Positions 22,317 to 32,630 are shown, counted from the first letter of the stretch. The stretch: DNA of 64,000 bases from an uncultured delta proteobacterium (GCA_963803435.1 CAWDML010000003.1:832001-896000); one strand, 5' to 3'. Made by a program: numbers and translations. The notes: generated by a model from the sequence alone, not told the origin.

Positions 22317-23061
22317 GAGCGTGTAGCGCGTAAGCGCTCACGCGACCCCGGTCCCGGTCCCGGTCCGGGTCCCGGTCCCGGTCCGGGTCCCGATTCCTGC
22401 GGCCGTAGACCGCCTTGCCGTCGCGCGTTTGCAACTTGTCTCGCATTCGCTTGCGAGCGAGCGAGGCAGGTGTGGGCTCCGAAGCTGATGAGGACGGACT
22501 CGACGCGTCTTGGTTCTGTTCGGGTCCAACAGCGATGTGGGCATCGATCTGATTGTTGTCGCAGAATTCGATGTTGGTCGCGCTCAGATAGCCGTTGTCT
22601 GCCGTCATCTTCCGCGGAGCATCGCCGCAGTTGCCGAACACATCACGGAGCATCGGGACGAGGTGTTGCTGATCAGGTGCCTGGTTGCTGACCCCTTCGG
22701 CGACAATCACCTGAGCGTGCTCATCTACGACAACTTGGGCATTGTAGGCCTGGAGGTACGCTCCCTCCTTCAACATGATCCTGCTGCCTGAGTCGGTGAA
22801 GTTCCTCTGAGCGTTGGGCCTCGGTGTGCCGTCCACATTTGCAGGAACGCGATGATGCGGCCATCCATCATTTCGTTCAGTTGGGTCTGGGGATGGGGAT
22901 GGTTCGAGCTGGTCAGCCTGCGCTCTTGCCTTCTCGGCTCGAGTTCTCGCTCGCTTCTGCTCCACCAGATCCACAAGAACGCACGCCGGGCTGCATGATC
23001 GCCATCGGGACCGGGACCGGGACCGGGACCCGGACCGGGCTCGCGGTAGCGCTACACGCTC
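22317..23061. mobile_element. MITE-like cassette: 13-bp TIR, CTAG flanks, internal hexamer arrays, IS1182 fragment cargo
   Basis: CTAG-GAGCGTGTAGCGC...GCGCTACACGCTC-CTAG; 8 CCCGGT-like units at 22347-22394 and 6 inverted units at 23004-23039. Confidence 0.75.
22396..22974 (-). pseudogene. IS1182-family transposase, central fragment
   Basis: NFTDSGSRIM..QAYNAQ, ADNGY; cut at VYGRR before the VEPVFG motif; visibly lower GC. Confidence 0.85.
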
Positions 23062-23562
23062 CTAGCCCAGCACGCGGAGGCTCCACTCGAGGACGGCGCC
23101 CAGGCCGATCAGGATGGCCCCGGCGGCGAGGCGGCGCAGCCCTCGCCCGGGATGGGGGCGGGCACCGAAGCGGATCTCGTGGATGCGCTCCGTTTCCATG
23201 TCGAAGAGCAGCAGCCCATCCGCATCGAACGCGTGGGCGTATTCGAACAGCTGCCTGCGCGTGCTGCGCGAGGTGGGATCCGGTGCGACGCGGCCGGTCT
23301 TCACCTCGGCGATGAACCGGCGAAATCCCCGCTCGAGGAGCATGTCGGCGCGAACGTCGAGCGTGTGGGGCTGGCCGTCGACCCGGACCGTGACCTTGCC
23401 GGGGACCTGAGTGGCGAGGACGCGAAAGCCGGCGCGGCGGGCGACGACGACGGCGCGGGACTCGGCGGCGAGCCCGCGCCGGAATCGCCAGCGGCGGGAG
23501 GCTCGGCGGATCGTGTAGAGGAGGAGCAGCGCGATCGCGCCGCCGGCGATCAGATCACGCAC
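23062..23562 (-). CDS. membrane-anchored PD-(D/E)XK nuclease-like protein
   Basis: N- and C-terminal TMs; VRADMLL..IAEVKTG..RQLFEY. Confidence 0.65.
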   Translation of the reverse strand: MRDLIAGGAIALLLLYTIRRASRRWRFRRGLAAESRAVVVARRAGFRVLATQVPGKVTVRVDGQPHTLDVRADMLLERGFRRFIAEVKTGRVAPDPTSRSTRRQLFEYAHAFDADGLLLFDMETERIHEIRFGARPHPGRGLRRLAAGAILIGLGAVLEWSLRVLG

Positions 23563-23587
23563 GGGGAGAGTTCACTCCGCGCGCGGA

Positions 23588-23709
23588 GACGGTGCAACTT
23601 TCCGGACCGGGGCTCGAACCCGACGATCGGAAGCGGCGAGGGCGTTTGGAGGTCGGCTGGGGAACCGGCGCGCCCCCGCCGCTATCCGACCGCCGGACGC
23701 TACACCGTC
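23588..23709 (-). ncRNA. candidate structured RNA with a T-arm-like hairpin
   Basis: Nested stems of 11, 5, 8 and 13 bp with G-U pairs on the minus strand; TCGGG-TTCGAGC-CCCGG side hairpin. Confidence 0.4.
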
Positions 23710-23718
23710 ATGGGTGAT

Positions 23719-24132
23719 CTAGAGGAAGACGATCGACGCGACCAGGCACCAGGCGCCGAGTCCGAGACCGGCGAGCCCGAGCGTGCCCTGGTACGGCGAG
23801 ATCTTCGCCAGCGTCTGATCCATCTTTGCCTGCGCGGCCGGGTTCTTGATGAACGTCTTGGCCGTGCCGACACCGAGCAGGATGCCGAGTCCGAGCGTGA
23901 TCACCGAGGTGGCGAGCCAGGTGGCCCACCAGATCGGGAAGGTGGTGAGAAGGTTCAGCGCAAGGACCGCACCGATGATGCCCCACGCGCCCCAGAACGC
24001 GGAGACCACACCCATCCAGCCCTGAAACGGCGTCAGCTTGTCGAGCACACCCTTGAGCTCCGGCTTCTTGCCGATGATCAAGTTCGGGATCGCAAGGGCG
24101 CCGAGAACGATGAGCCAAATTCCGTAAAACAA
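23719..24132 (-). CDS. small multi-TM membrane protein with internal duplication
   Basis: DKLTPFQGWMG and AKISPYQGTLG repeats; AGGAGG RBS before TTG. Confidence 0.75.
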   Translation of the reverse strand: MFYGIWLIVLGALAIPNLIIGKKPELKGVLDKLTPFQGWMGVVSAFWGAWGIIGAVLALNLLTTFPIWWATWLATSVITLGLGILLGVGTAKTFIKNPAAQAKMDQTLAKISPYQGTLGLAGLGLGAWCLVASIVFL

Positions 24133-24259
24133 AGTCGTACCTCCTGGCGTAGCGGACGCTCCGCTCAGTGCGAAGCGTCGAGCCCACAGACGGGCGCTGA
24201 GGACGGCTTATTCACACTCGGGGTGAACTTTTTTTTGACGCTCGACGTCGTGCGTTCAT

Positions 24260-25613
24260 TCACGTGGCGGTCATCACGAACACGTGGTGGGTCCAGGGCG
24301 CCAGGTCGAGGTAGAGGCCGGTCGACGCCATCTCCTGGCCGTTCCTCAGGTAACGGGCGTCCGACAGGCGATCGTGGAGCGCCACCGGCGTCGCGAAACC
24401 GCCGACCGTGACGTACCCCTGCGCTCGCTCCGGACCGTAGTTCACGGCGATCAGCGTGTCGCCGCGCCGGAAGACGATCAGCTGCTCGGCAGCTCCCGTT
24501 GTCCGTCCAGGCCGGCCGCGGGTCGCAGAGCCAGAAGTCGGCGGCGCGCAGCGGGAGCAGCGCCAGCAAGGCCTCGTAGAAGCGCGCGATCTCCGGATCC
24601 GCCGGCTCTTCGACGCGCCGGGCCAGGTGGACGTTGGTGTGGACGTTCCTGCCCTCCAGCTGGCCTTCGTGCACGAAGATCATCCCGGGGAGGAAGAACG
24701 CGATCACCATGGCGGCGCGGTGGACCTCCGGCGGAAAGGTGCAGGCCGCCCGGGGCTCGTCGTGGTTCTCGAGGAAGCGGACCAGCTTCGTTTGAAACGA
24801 ATGATCGCCGAGCAGGTGGAGCCGCACCGCGGTCGGATCCCGCGCGGCCAGTCGATCGTACAGGATCTTGTCGTACGTGAGGTCGAAGCCCTGCTGCTGC
24901 AGCTCCCAGTGGAGCGAGTAGGTCTCGGCGACGAAGGTGAAGGCCGCGTGCTTCGCCTTCACCTCGCGGATCGCGCGCGGCCAGAGCTCGAGCGCGGGCC
25001 CGCCCCAGTGGCGCTCGAAGACCTGGGGATGGACCAGCATCGCCATGTCACAGCGGACGCCGTCGCATCGGTTCGCGATCTGCTGGAGCTCGCCGATCAT
25101 CGCCTCGATCAGCGCCGGGTTGCGGTAGTCGAGCTGCCGGGTGTCGACCCAGCGACCGCCCGAGTCGCCGCCGTGGGCCTCGCCGACGAAGTAGTCCGGG
25201 TGCTCCGACACCCACGGGTGGTCGAGCGCCGTGTGATTGGGGACGAAATCGAGGATCAGTCGGAGTCCCCGCGCGCGCAGCCGCTTGCGGAGCGAGGCCA
25301 GGGCCGCGTCGTCGCCGAAGTCCGAGTGCACGCGATACGCCGTGATCGCGAAGGGCGAGCCGCAGACGTCGTGGTCCGTCCAGCCGGGGAGGTCGTGGTC
25401 GTAGCCCGCGCGCAGGCCGGGATCGGTCCGCGACACGCGACAGCCGGCCTCGCCGGTCTGCCAGACGCCGAGAAGATAGACCCAGTCGAAGCCGAGCGCG
25501 GCGATCCGATCGAGCAGCGCGTTGGGGACGTCGGCGAGCGTCGCCGGCCTCCCGAGCGCGCGCGAAAGCTCGCCGAGCATGATCCGCGTGTTGAGCTGGT
25601 AGAGGGCGCTCAG
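24260..25613 (-). CDS. GH13 alpha-amylase family protein, frameshift near 24490, start uncertain
   Basis: LYQLNTR, LDFVPNH, DGVRCDMA, FVAETY, FLENHDE; the C-terminus continues in the 24260-24445 frame. Confidence 0.85.
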
Positions 25614-26239
25614 TTCTTCCCCTCGCTGTCTGCGATCATGCGCCGCACGCGCGCCGCGTCGGGCGCGTCGGGGGCCAGCTCGATGTAGCGGCGGTAGTGC
25701 GCGAGCGCCTGCTTGGTGTCGTCGATCCGCGCGTAGAGCACACCGAGGCTCCGGTGGCACCCGGCCGAGATCGGGTTGAGCTCGAGGCACGCCAACAGGA
25801 GCGTGCGCGCCCGATCCACGCGACCCGCCGCCAGCGAGGTCTCGGCCTCGTTCCCCAGGTCGCGCGCCAGCGTCTTCAGCTTCGGATCGAGGGCGGGCGG
25901 CGGGCTGGCGGCGAGCGTGCGCGGCGGTGGCTCGGGGATCCTCTCACCGGTGGTGTCGGCGATGATCTTGCGGACCTGGGGGGCGTCGTCCGCGTACGGA
26001 TCGAGGGTCACGTAGACCTTGTAGTGGTGGATCGAGCGGGCGAGGTCGTCGGTCTTGGCGAACAGGACTCCGAGATGCCGGTGGCAGCTGGCGGTGTTGG
26101 GATCGAGGCGGACGCAGGTCTCGAGCTCGCGCTGGGCCTCGGCCAGATGGCCGGAGAGGTAGAGCTGGACGCCCTTCTTCTCGTGCTCGAGCGATGCGGG
26201 TGTTGCGATCAGCAGGAGGGTGAGGAGCTCCGGTCGCAT
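25610..26239 (-). CDS. TPR protein
   Basis: Two CHRxLGVL..HYxxYxxLxPxAxDA units; hydrophobic N-terminus. Confidence 0.8.
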   Translation of the reverse strand: MRPELLTLLLIATPASLEHEKKGVQLYLSGHLAEAQRELETCVRLDPNTASCHRHLGVLFAKTDDLARSIHHYKVYVTLDPYADDAPQVRKIIADTTGERIPEPPPRTLAASPPPALDPKLKTLARDLGNEAETSLAAGRVDRARTLLLACLELNPISAGCHRSLGVLYARIDDTKQALAHYRRYIELAPDAPDAARVRRMIADSEGKN

Positions 26240-29200
26240 CGGGCGGATGATGCCACGAGGCTCCGCCGTCGTGCGAGCCCGACCGCCAACGCGAGACCTG
26301 CCAGGAGCAGCCACGACCACGAGCCGCCGCGGCTGGCGGCGCCGGTGGTGTTGCAGCCGCAGCCGCCCGCGTCCTGGCTGAGCCCCGGATTCAGGTCGTC
26401 CGGCGTCTCGCACGAGGTGTCCCCGGCCGGACAGGTCGGGTTCGGGTCGGGCATCATCATCATCGGCGTCGGCGTGCAGTTGCTCTCGCAGCCGTCGCCG
26501 TCGGCGCCGTTGCCGTCGTCGCACACCTCACCGGGATCGACCTTGCCGTCGCCGCAGGTCGGCGCCTTGGGCGTGATCGTGCAGTCGTTCTCGCAGCCGT
26601 CGCCGCCCGCAGCGTTGCCGTCGTCGCACTGCTCGCCCGGATCGACGTTCCCGTCGCCGCAGCGGGCGGGCGGGGTGACGTCGTCGAAGGCCACGATGCA
26701 GAAGTCGTCGATCGTCCAGCCGCCGAACTCGAGGCCGGCGTCGGAGGTGAGCCGGAAGTCGACCTGCACCTTGCCGTCGCATGATCGTGTTCGAGAGATC
26801 GACGTCCTGGAACCGCCACTCGCCGATCCTGGTGATGCGGTGGCGCCGCCGTTGCCGGTGGTCAGGTTGGTCCAGACCGGCTGGCCGTTGGCGAGGATCG
26901 TGCGCCTGGTCGAAGTTGCCGTCCTCGACGTTGAGCCAGCGGCGGTACTGCAGCCGCACGTTCGTCGTGGCCCAGACGTCGACGGCCGGGCATGGAGCGC
27001 GTTGGTCTTGTTGGACTGATAGAGGCCGTTGTAGTTGCCGCCGCCGAGGTCGTTGCCGTAGACGCGCTGCCCGGAGAACGCGCGATCGGGATCGCCGCTC
27101 CCGGCGGTGCCCTGCGGCGCGCCCCACTGCCAGTCGTCGGCGCCCTCGCGTCGTCGCCGGCGATCAGCTCGTGCGTCCAGCCGTCGGGAGCGGGGTCGCT
27201 CTCGAAGTCGGTGCAGTACAGCATCGACGACGTCGCCGACGAACAACTCGTACCACGGGTCGGCGGGGTTGTCGGGGAAGCGACGTGTCGCCGTTGGCGA
27301 GCGTGACCTCGACCCGGTACTCGCACGACCGCGCCCGGGCGCCTGCGCCGGGATGTCGGCCGAGAAGCCGCCGGTGACCGCGCCCATCGTCATCGTGCCG
27401 CCGGTGCCGGGATCGGATCGCGCAGCGCGCCACTCGAGCGTCGCGCTGCCGATCGCGATCGCCGGGGCACTCGACGTCGCGCATGCCCAACGGCAGATGG
27501 ACGGTGAAGCCGGTGCGCTCGGGGAGGCCGAGCGGCGGGCCGACGGTGCTGGGATCGGCCAGGCCGTGGGCGGAGAACGCCTCGTTGATCGCGCACAGGT
27601 TCGGCGTGCCGTTGGCGAGGTCGCCGTCGTCGTCGTCGGCCGCCAGGACCTCGACGTAGATCGAGGGGATGTCGACCGCGCTCTGGAAGATCGCGTAGAG
27701 GACAGTGATCGGTGTCAGCTCGACGCCGGCGTCGTCGCCCATGCTCGCCACCAGGAGCTTGCGGAGATCCCACAGCGCGCCGCCGATGATCAGGCCGGTC
27801 TCGTGTGGACTCGCCGGATGTCGTCGGGCCAGGTGGCCTCGACCTGCGCCGGATCGAGGTGGCGCAGCGGACGGTCGTCGTAGAAGAAGCCGCGGCCCAT
27901 GCCGGGTCGTCGGTGGTGGTGGCCGACAGATAGTCGGCTACGCCCTCGGAGAGCGAGGTGTCGAAGTCGCCGACGCCCTCGATGATCGCGTGGGCGTGCA
28001 GCGAGTGGCCGAACTCGTGATAGACGACGTCCGGCGAGGCGGCCGGTGTTCTCGCACTGCTGGCTGGCCTGGAAGAAGTTGGTCCCGACGCCGTCCGAGA
28101 ACGCGTTGCAGGTGTCGTTGATGTTGACGGTGACCGGCACGTGGTCGGTGAAGAGCCATGTCATGTCGGGGGCGATCAGCCGCGCCCAATCCTTGACGTG
28201 GTTGGTGGCGACGAACGCGATCACCTGCGAGTCCATCATCTCGTCGGAAGAGACGTCCCATACATGAGACTGGCCGTCGTCGAGGGTGAACTGCTCGCTG
28301 GCGTTGGGGCCGGAGTCGTTGACGACGACCACGTCGGTGCCGCGGGCGTGCGCCGTGACGGTGGCCGGCCCGCCATCGGCGAAGCTGAACACGCCGGCGG
28401 CGTCGGCGGTGACGTTCTGTGTTCCAACGGTGAGCTGGGCCCGCTCGGCCGGCTGGTCCAGTCGGGTGGCCCCAGGCCAGCGCTCGGGCGAATTGAAGAG
28501 GACTGTCCCGCTGGCGAACATGAGCGTCTGCTTGCGTGCGATCGGCCGGCCGCTGAGCGCGTCGAGCCAGACCGACCAGCGGCCGATCGGATCCCGGCCG
28601 TCGACGGTCACCTGGAACACGCCGTGGTAGGTGATCGAGCCGTCGCTCCTCACGATCGGGAGCACGTACGGACCCTCAATCGCGGGCCGCGACTCGGTGC
28701 GCGAGCCGAAGTCACCGGCGATCCAGCGCTCCGCCTTGGCCCGGAGCGAGGCGGAGGGCGCAGCCTTGGGGAGCTCGACGCGGACGTTCGGAAACGCCTC
28801 CGAGCCGATCACAATGATGCGATCGTTCTTGATGCGGACGCTGATCTGTCCGCCGAGCACGCGCGTGCCTCGATAGCGCTGGACGAAGCCGAGGGCGCGG
28901 ACGCCGCTCGCGGCGTCGAGGTGGTTCGAGACCGCCTCGAAGTCGTCGATTGAGGTGCCCGGCGCGATCAATGGGAGCTCGCCGGAAAGCAGCGTGCGGG
29001 CGGCGGCCTCGGCGATCTTGGGGTCGCCGCTGGCGCCTGGTACCGGAACGCCTTCTCCGAAGATCCGGGCCGGCACCCCGCGGTCGAGGTCCCAGTACGC
29101 CTGCCAGCGCCCGCCGTGGCGGACCAGGAAGCTCTGCCACTCCGCGGCGCGGGCGGACGGCGTCTCCCAGCCGACGTGCGGCTGAATGCGGGCCTTGAGC

Positions 29201-29316
29201 CCGGAGGCGACCTGGATCTCCTCCTGTTGATCGAGATGTCCCGGCTGCTCGAACGCAAAGCTCGCCGCCGGAAGACTGAGCAAGAGGCCGATCGCGAAAC
29301 CGCCGACTCGCCGCAC
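26209..29316 (-). CDS. secreted M4/M36-like zinc metalloprotease with Cys-rich repeats and MYXO-CTERM; multiple frameshifts
   Basis: Signal peptide and FTP-like propeptide; [12 protein letters not shown] (HEFGH at 28005-28019) and ALSEGVADY; GGCGC..W.LL..LARRR tail. Confidence 0.75.
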
Positions 29317-29393
29317 TTTTACCTCCCGTGTGTTCCCGTCCCGAAACCCATTGATATCACGCGGGGTCCTGCTCCATGCTCTCCGGCGAGGGG

Positions 29394-29411
29394 ACGTCAC
29401 CCGTGTGACGT
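29394..29411. promoter_or_regulatory. palindromic operator candidate ACGTCAC-N4-GTGACGT
   Basis: Perfect 7-bp inverted repeat between divergent genes. Confidence 0.4.
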
Positions 29412-29440
29412 AGCCGTTCACCCTCACCGAAGGAGCCGAG

Positions 29441-30529
29441 ATGGTCGCATCGAAACGCAGCTTGCAGATCACGATCGGGGCCGTCGCCCTCCTCGGGATC
29501 GCGGGCGCAGCCCGGGCTGAGCAGAAGCGAACGCTGATGTCGAAGACCTACTTCGTCGACCGGAAGTATCGCTCGATGAAGGGCCCCCAGAGCACGCAGG
29601 AGTTCATGCTCGGCGACGCCTCCAAGCCGGAGCTGGTGTGGGTGACCGGCTACGAGGCGGTGATGGTCGGCAAGGATGGGGACACGCCGATGCCCCAGGA
29701 CTTCATGTGCCACAGCAACCTCGACGTCGATCCGATGAAGCACCGCGACCTGATGGAGGTGGAGCCGGGGATCTCGGGCCGGCTCTTCACGCTCTCGCAG
29801 GGCCAGCTCGACATCGAGTTCCCCGAGGGCTTCGGCATCCCGCTCCTGTCGAACGAGCCGCTGTCCCTCACGACGCAGGTGCTCAACCTCAACGAGGAGG
29901 GCAAGACGTTCGACGTCCGCCACAAGGTGACCTTGCACTACGTGCGCGACGCCGATGGGAAGGGCATGAAGCCCCTGTTCCAGAAGAGCGCCTACGGCCT
30001 CAAGCTGCTCGAGGGGAAGGACGGCTTCTACGGGGAGAAGGCCCACGAGGACGAGCACCACGGCCCCGGCTGCATGGAGGGCTCGAACGCCTCCAGCCAC
30101 ACCTACGACGATCAATACGGGCGCAAGTTCACGGGCCACTGGGTGGTACCGCCCGGGCGCGAGGTCAACCACACGCCGGTCACCAAGCTCCTGTCGCTGC
30201 CGTACGACACCACCGTCCACTACATCGCGGTGCACCTGCACCCGTTCGCCGAGTCGCTCGAGCTCGTCGATCTCACCGACAAGAAGACCGTGTTCAAGAG
30301 CATCGTCCGCTCGACGCCCGGACGGATCGGGATCGCGCACGTCGACTACTTCTCCAGCGTCGAGGGCGTCATGATGTACGACGATCACGAGTACGAGCTG
30401 ATCAGCGTGTACAACAACACGACCAAGGAGCCGCAGGATTCGATGGCGGTGATGTACCTCTACTTCCTCGATAAGAAGTTCGAGAAACCCGACGCAGGGC
30501 AGCTGGCGAAGGCCGCCAAGAGCAAGTGA
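29441..30529 (+). CDS. exported PHM/copper type II monooxygenase-like protein
   Basis: Signal peptide; FPEGFGIPL, VHLHP, YNNT..DSM pattern like the PHM CuM site. Confidence 0.5.
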   Translation: MVASKRSLQITIGAVALLGIAGAARAEQKRTLMSKTYFVDRKYRSMKGPQSTQEFMLGDASKPELVWVTGYEAVMVGKDGDTPMPQDFMCHSNLDVDPMKHRDLMEVEPGISGRLFTLSQGQLDIEFPEGFGIPLLSNEPLSLTTQVLNLNEEGKTFDVRHKVTLHYVRDADGKGMKPLFQKSAYGLKLLEGKDGFYGEKAHEDEHHGPGCMEGSNASSHTYDDQYGRKFTGHWVVPPGREVNHTPVTKLLSLPYDTTVHYIAVHLHPFAESLELVDLTDKKTVFKSIVRSTPGRIGIAHVDYFSSVEGVMMYDDHEYELISVYNNTTKEPQDSMAVMYLYFLDKKFEKPDAGQLAKAAKSK

Positions 30530-31161
30530 GCGGCTGGCGCGAGGTCACCGCGCGCGTCGCCGAGGTCTGCCGGGAAGGCGGGCTCGACGTCGTCCATCCT
30601 TTTCCGCGGGAGGCGCAACTCGGGATCCTCATCGGCAACACGCGGGCGCTGTGGCCGGCGCTCCTGGCCGCGGCCGATCCGGAGGCGAAGGATCCCCTCG
30701 ACGCGCATGTGACCGCCGTGATCGCCCGGGCGCTGGCGCCGTTTCCCCACCGCGTGCGGTACGCCCACGACCCGATCCCGGAGTTCGTCCCGATCCAGCG
30801 GATCGCGGAGGAGAGCGGGCTGGCGCGGCGGTCGCTCTCGCAGCTCTCCATCCATCCCACGTACGGGCCGTGGATCGGCCTGCGGGCGGTGGCGACGATC
30901 GAGGTCGAGGGGCTGCCGCCGCCGGCACCGCCGCCGGTGTCACCGGGCTGCGAGGGCTGCGAGCTCCGGTGTCGGGCGGCGCTCGACGAGGCGCTCGAGT
31001 CGGGTGGCTGGCGGCGCTGGCTTGCGGTGCGCGACGCGTGCAACGTGGGGCGGGAGTGGCGTTATGGCGAGGATCAGATCGCGTATCACTACACGAAGGA
31101 TCGGGAGGTTCTGCGTCGCGCCGTGGTAGAGGTCCGGCGTGGAGCTCGATCGTCTGGCTGA
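30526..31161 (+). CDS. MMACHC/CblC-like cobalamin-processing protein
   Basis: LIGNTRALW, IQRIAEESGLA, SIHPTYGPWIGLRAV; resembles the CblC HPxxGxW motif. Confidence 0.65.
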   Translation: MSGWREVTARVAEVCREGGLDVVHPFPREAQLGILIGNTRALWPALLAAADPEAKDPLDAHVTAVIARALAPFPHRVRYAHDPIPEFVPIQRIAEESGLARRSLSQLSIHPTYGPWIGLRAVATIEVEGLPPPAPPPVSPGCEGCELRCRAALDEALESGGWRRWLAVRDACNVGREWRYGEDQIAYHYTKDREVLRRAVVEVRRGARSSG

Positions 31162-31678
31162 GCTGACCGTCCTCGATCCCGCGGGCCAGGCCGTGCGCGT
31201 GGGAGACCTTTGGCGCGAGCGACCCGCCGTGATCGCCTTCATCCGCCACTTCGGCTGACTGTTCTGCAAGCAGCAGGTCGCGCAGTTGCGCGACGCGCAC
31301 CAGGACATCCGCGCGCGGGGCGGCGAGCTGTTCGTGATCGGCAACGGCCCGCCGTACTTCGCGGAGATCTTCAAGAGCGATCTGAAGCTCGAGGCTCCGC
31401 TCTACACCGACCCGTCGCTCGAGACGTACCGGGCTGCCGAGCTCAACCGCGGCGTGGCGGCGACCGTCGGGCTCGGCGCGCTGAAGAATGCGTTCGGCGC
31501 GTTTCGCCAGGGCTTCCGTCAGACGGGCACGAAGGGCGATCCGTGGCAGCTCGGCGGCGTGCTGGTGGTGTCGCCCGACGGGCGTGTCCTCTATCGCCAG
31601 GCCAGCGAGGTCGCCGGCGATCACCCGCCGGTGGAGGCGGTCATGACGGCGCTGACCTCGAACCGGTCGAGCTCGTAG
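31139..31678 (+). CDS. peroxiredoxin-like (AhpC/TSA-2) selenoprotein, UxxC
   Basis: GTG 31139 with AGAGG RBS; FIRHFG-TGA(31256)-LFC in frame; WQLGGVLVV..GDHP C-terminus. Confidence 0.85.
31277..31294 (+). promoter_or_regulatory. bacterial SECIS-like hairpin
   Basis: GTCGCGC-AGTT-GCGCGAC; loop starts 25 nt after UGA and has GU at loop positions 2-3. Confidence 0.7.
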
Positions 31679-32421
31679 ACCTTGTAGGCGCGCTGGATGA
31701 CCGGACGCGCCACGTTGCGGACCGGCACCCCGCCGGGGGTGAAGCCCCGCTCGATGCCGCGGTGCGCGTGGCCGTGAATCGCGAGCGTGCAGTCGCAGTC
31801 GTCGATCACCTCTCCCAGCATGTACGAGCCGAGGAACGGATAGATCTCGAGGCGCTCGCCGTGGACGGTCCCCTCGGTCGGGGCGTAGTGGAGCAGCGCG
31901 ATCCGAGCGTCGCACTCCAGGCTCGCCAGCGCAGTGCACAGGCCCGCAGCGACGTCCTTCGTGTGGCGGATGAACGCCTTCATCTCCGGCTCGCCGAACT
32001 CGGAGCCGCAGGCGCCGAGGAATCCGCCCCCGAAGCCCTTCGCACCGCCGATGCCAATCCGCTCGCCGCCCGGGAGCGCGACGATCGCTGCCTCGCCCTC
32101 GAGGACGGTGACGCCGATGTCTTCGAGGAGCGCGCGGATCACGGTCTCCTCGCCCGAGTGATAGTCGTGATTGCCGAGCACGGCGAACACGGGCACCTCA
32201 ATCCCGGAGAGCTCGCCTGCGAGGATCGAGGCCTCGGCCCGGTCGCCGTGCTGGGTCAGATCGCCGGCGAGCAGGAGGACGTCGGCGTGCTCGGCGAGCC
32301 CCTCGAAGGCCGGCCGGATCTTGCCGGAGTGGTCGAGGCCCACGTGGAGATCACCGACGGCGGCGATTCGGGCTAGTGGAGGCGCTCCGGCTCGGGCGGT
32401 TGATCGAAGGTCAGAACCCAT
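31621..32421 (-). CDS. metallophosphoesterase (start uncertain)
   Basis: GDLH, AGDL, GNHD, HGHAH motifs. Confidence 0.88.
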   Translation of the reverse strand: MGSDLRSTARAGAPPLARIAAVGDLHVGLDHSGKIRPAFEGLAEHADVLLLAGDLTQHGDRAEASILAGELSGIEVPVFAVLGNHDYHSGEETVIRALLEDIGVTVLEGEAAIVALPGGERIGIGGAKGFGGGFLGACGSEFGEPEMKAFIRHTKDVAAGLCTALASLECDARIALLHYAPTEGTVHGERLEIYPFLGSYMLGEVIDDCDCTLAIHGHAHRGIERGFTPGGVPVRNVARPVIQRAYKVYELDRFEVSAVMTASTGG

Positions 32422-32630
32422 AGCCGATTGACCACCTCCATCCCCTCGGGGGCGAGCTCTCTCGCGACCAACTCCGCGGCCTCGCGCCGCTCGACGGTCT
32501 CGACGGCGCCGATCAGGTACAGATTGCTCGACACGATCTCGACCTGGATTCCCAGGAGGCAGCTCCTCCGATCCTCGGCGAGGGCCTGCGCGACGTGACC
32601 GGTCAGATAGTTGATGCACTCGCGATGCAC
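32373..32630 (-). CDS. BON-domain-like small protein
   Basis: ALAED..IQVEI..LYLIGAV..VVNRL. Confidence 0.6.
   Translation of the reverse strand: MHRECINYLTGHVAQALAEDRRSCLLGIQVEIVSSNLYLIGAVETVERREAAELVARELAPEGMEVVNRLWVLTFDQPPEPERLH

Noticed and set aside
22347-23039. Hexamer arrays as CRISPR, and the 540-aa ORF 21352-22974 as a real protein
   Set aside because: No spacers or cas genes. The ORF is a transposase fragment reading through the repeat into an off-frame of the FKBP gene.
23588-23709. tRNA, tRNA-Sec, SRP or 6S identity for the hairpin
   Set aside because: No D or anticodon arm or CCA end, no SRP GGAA domain, and no clear 6S central bubble; kept only as an unknown RNA candidate.
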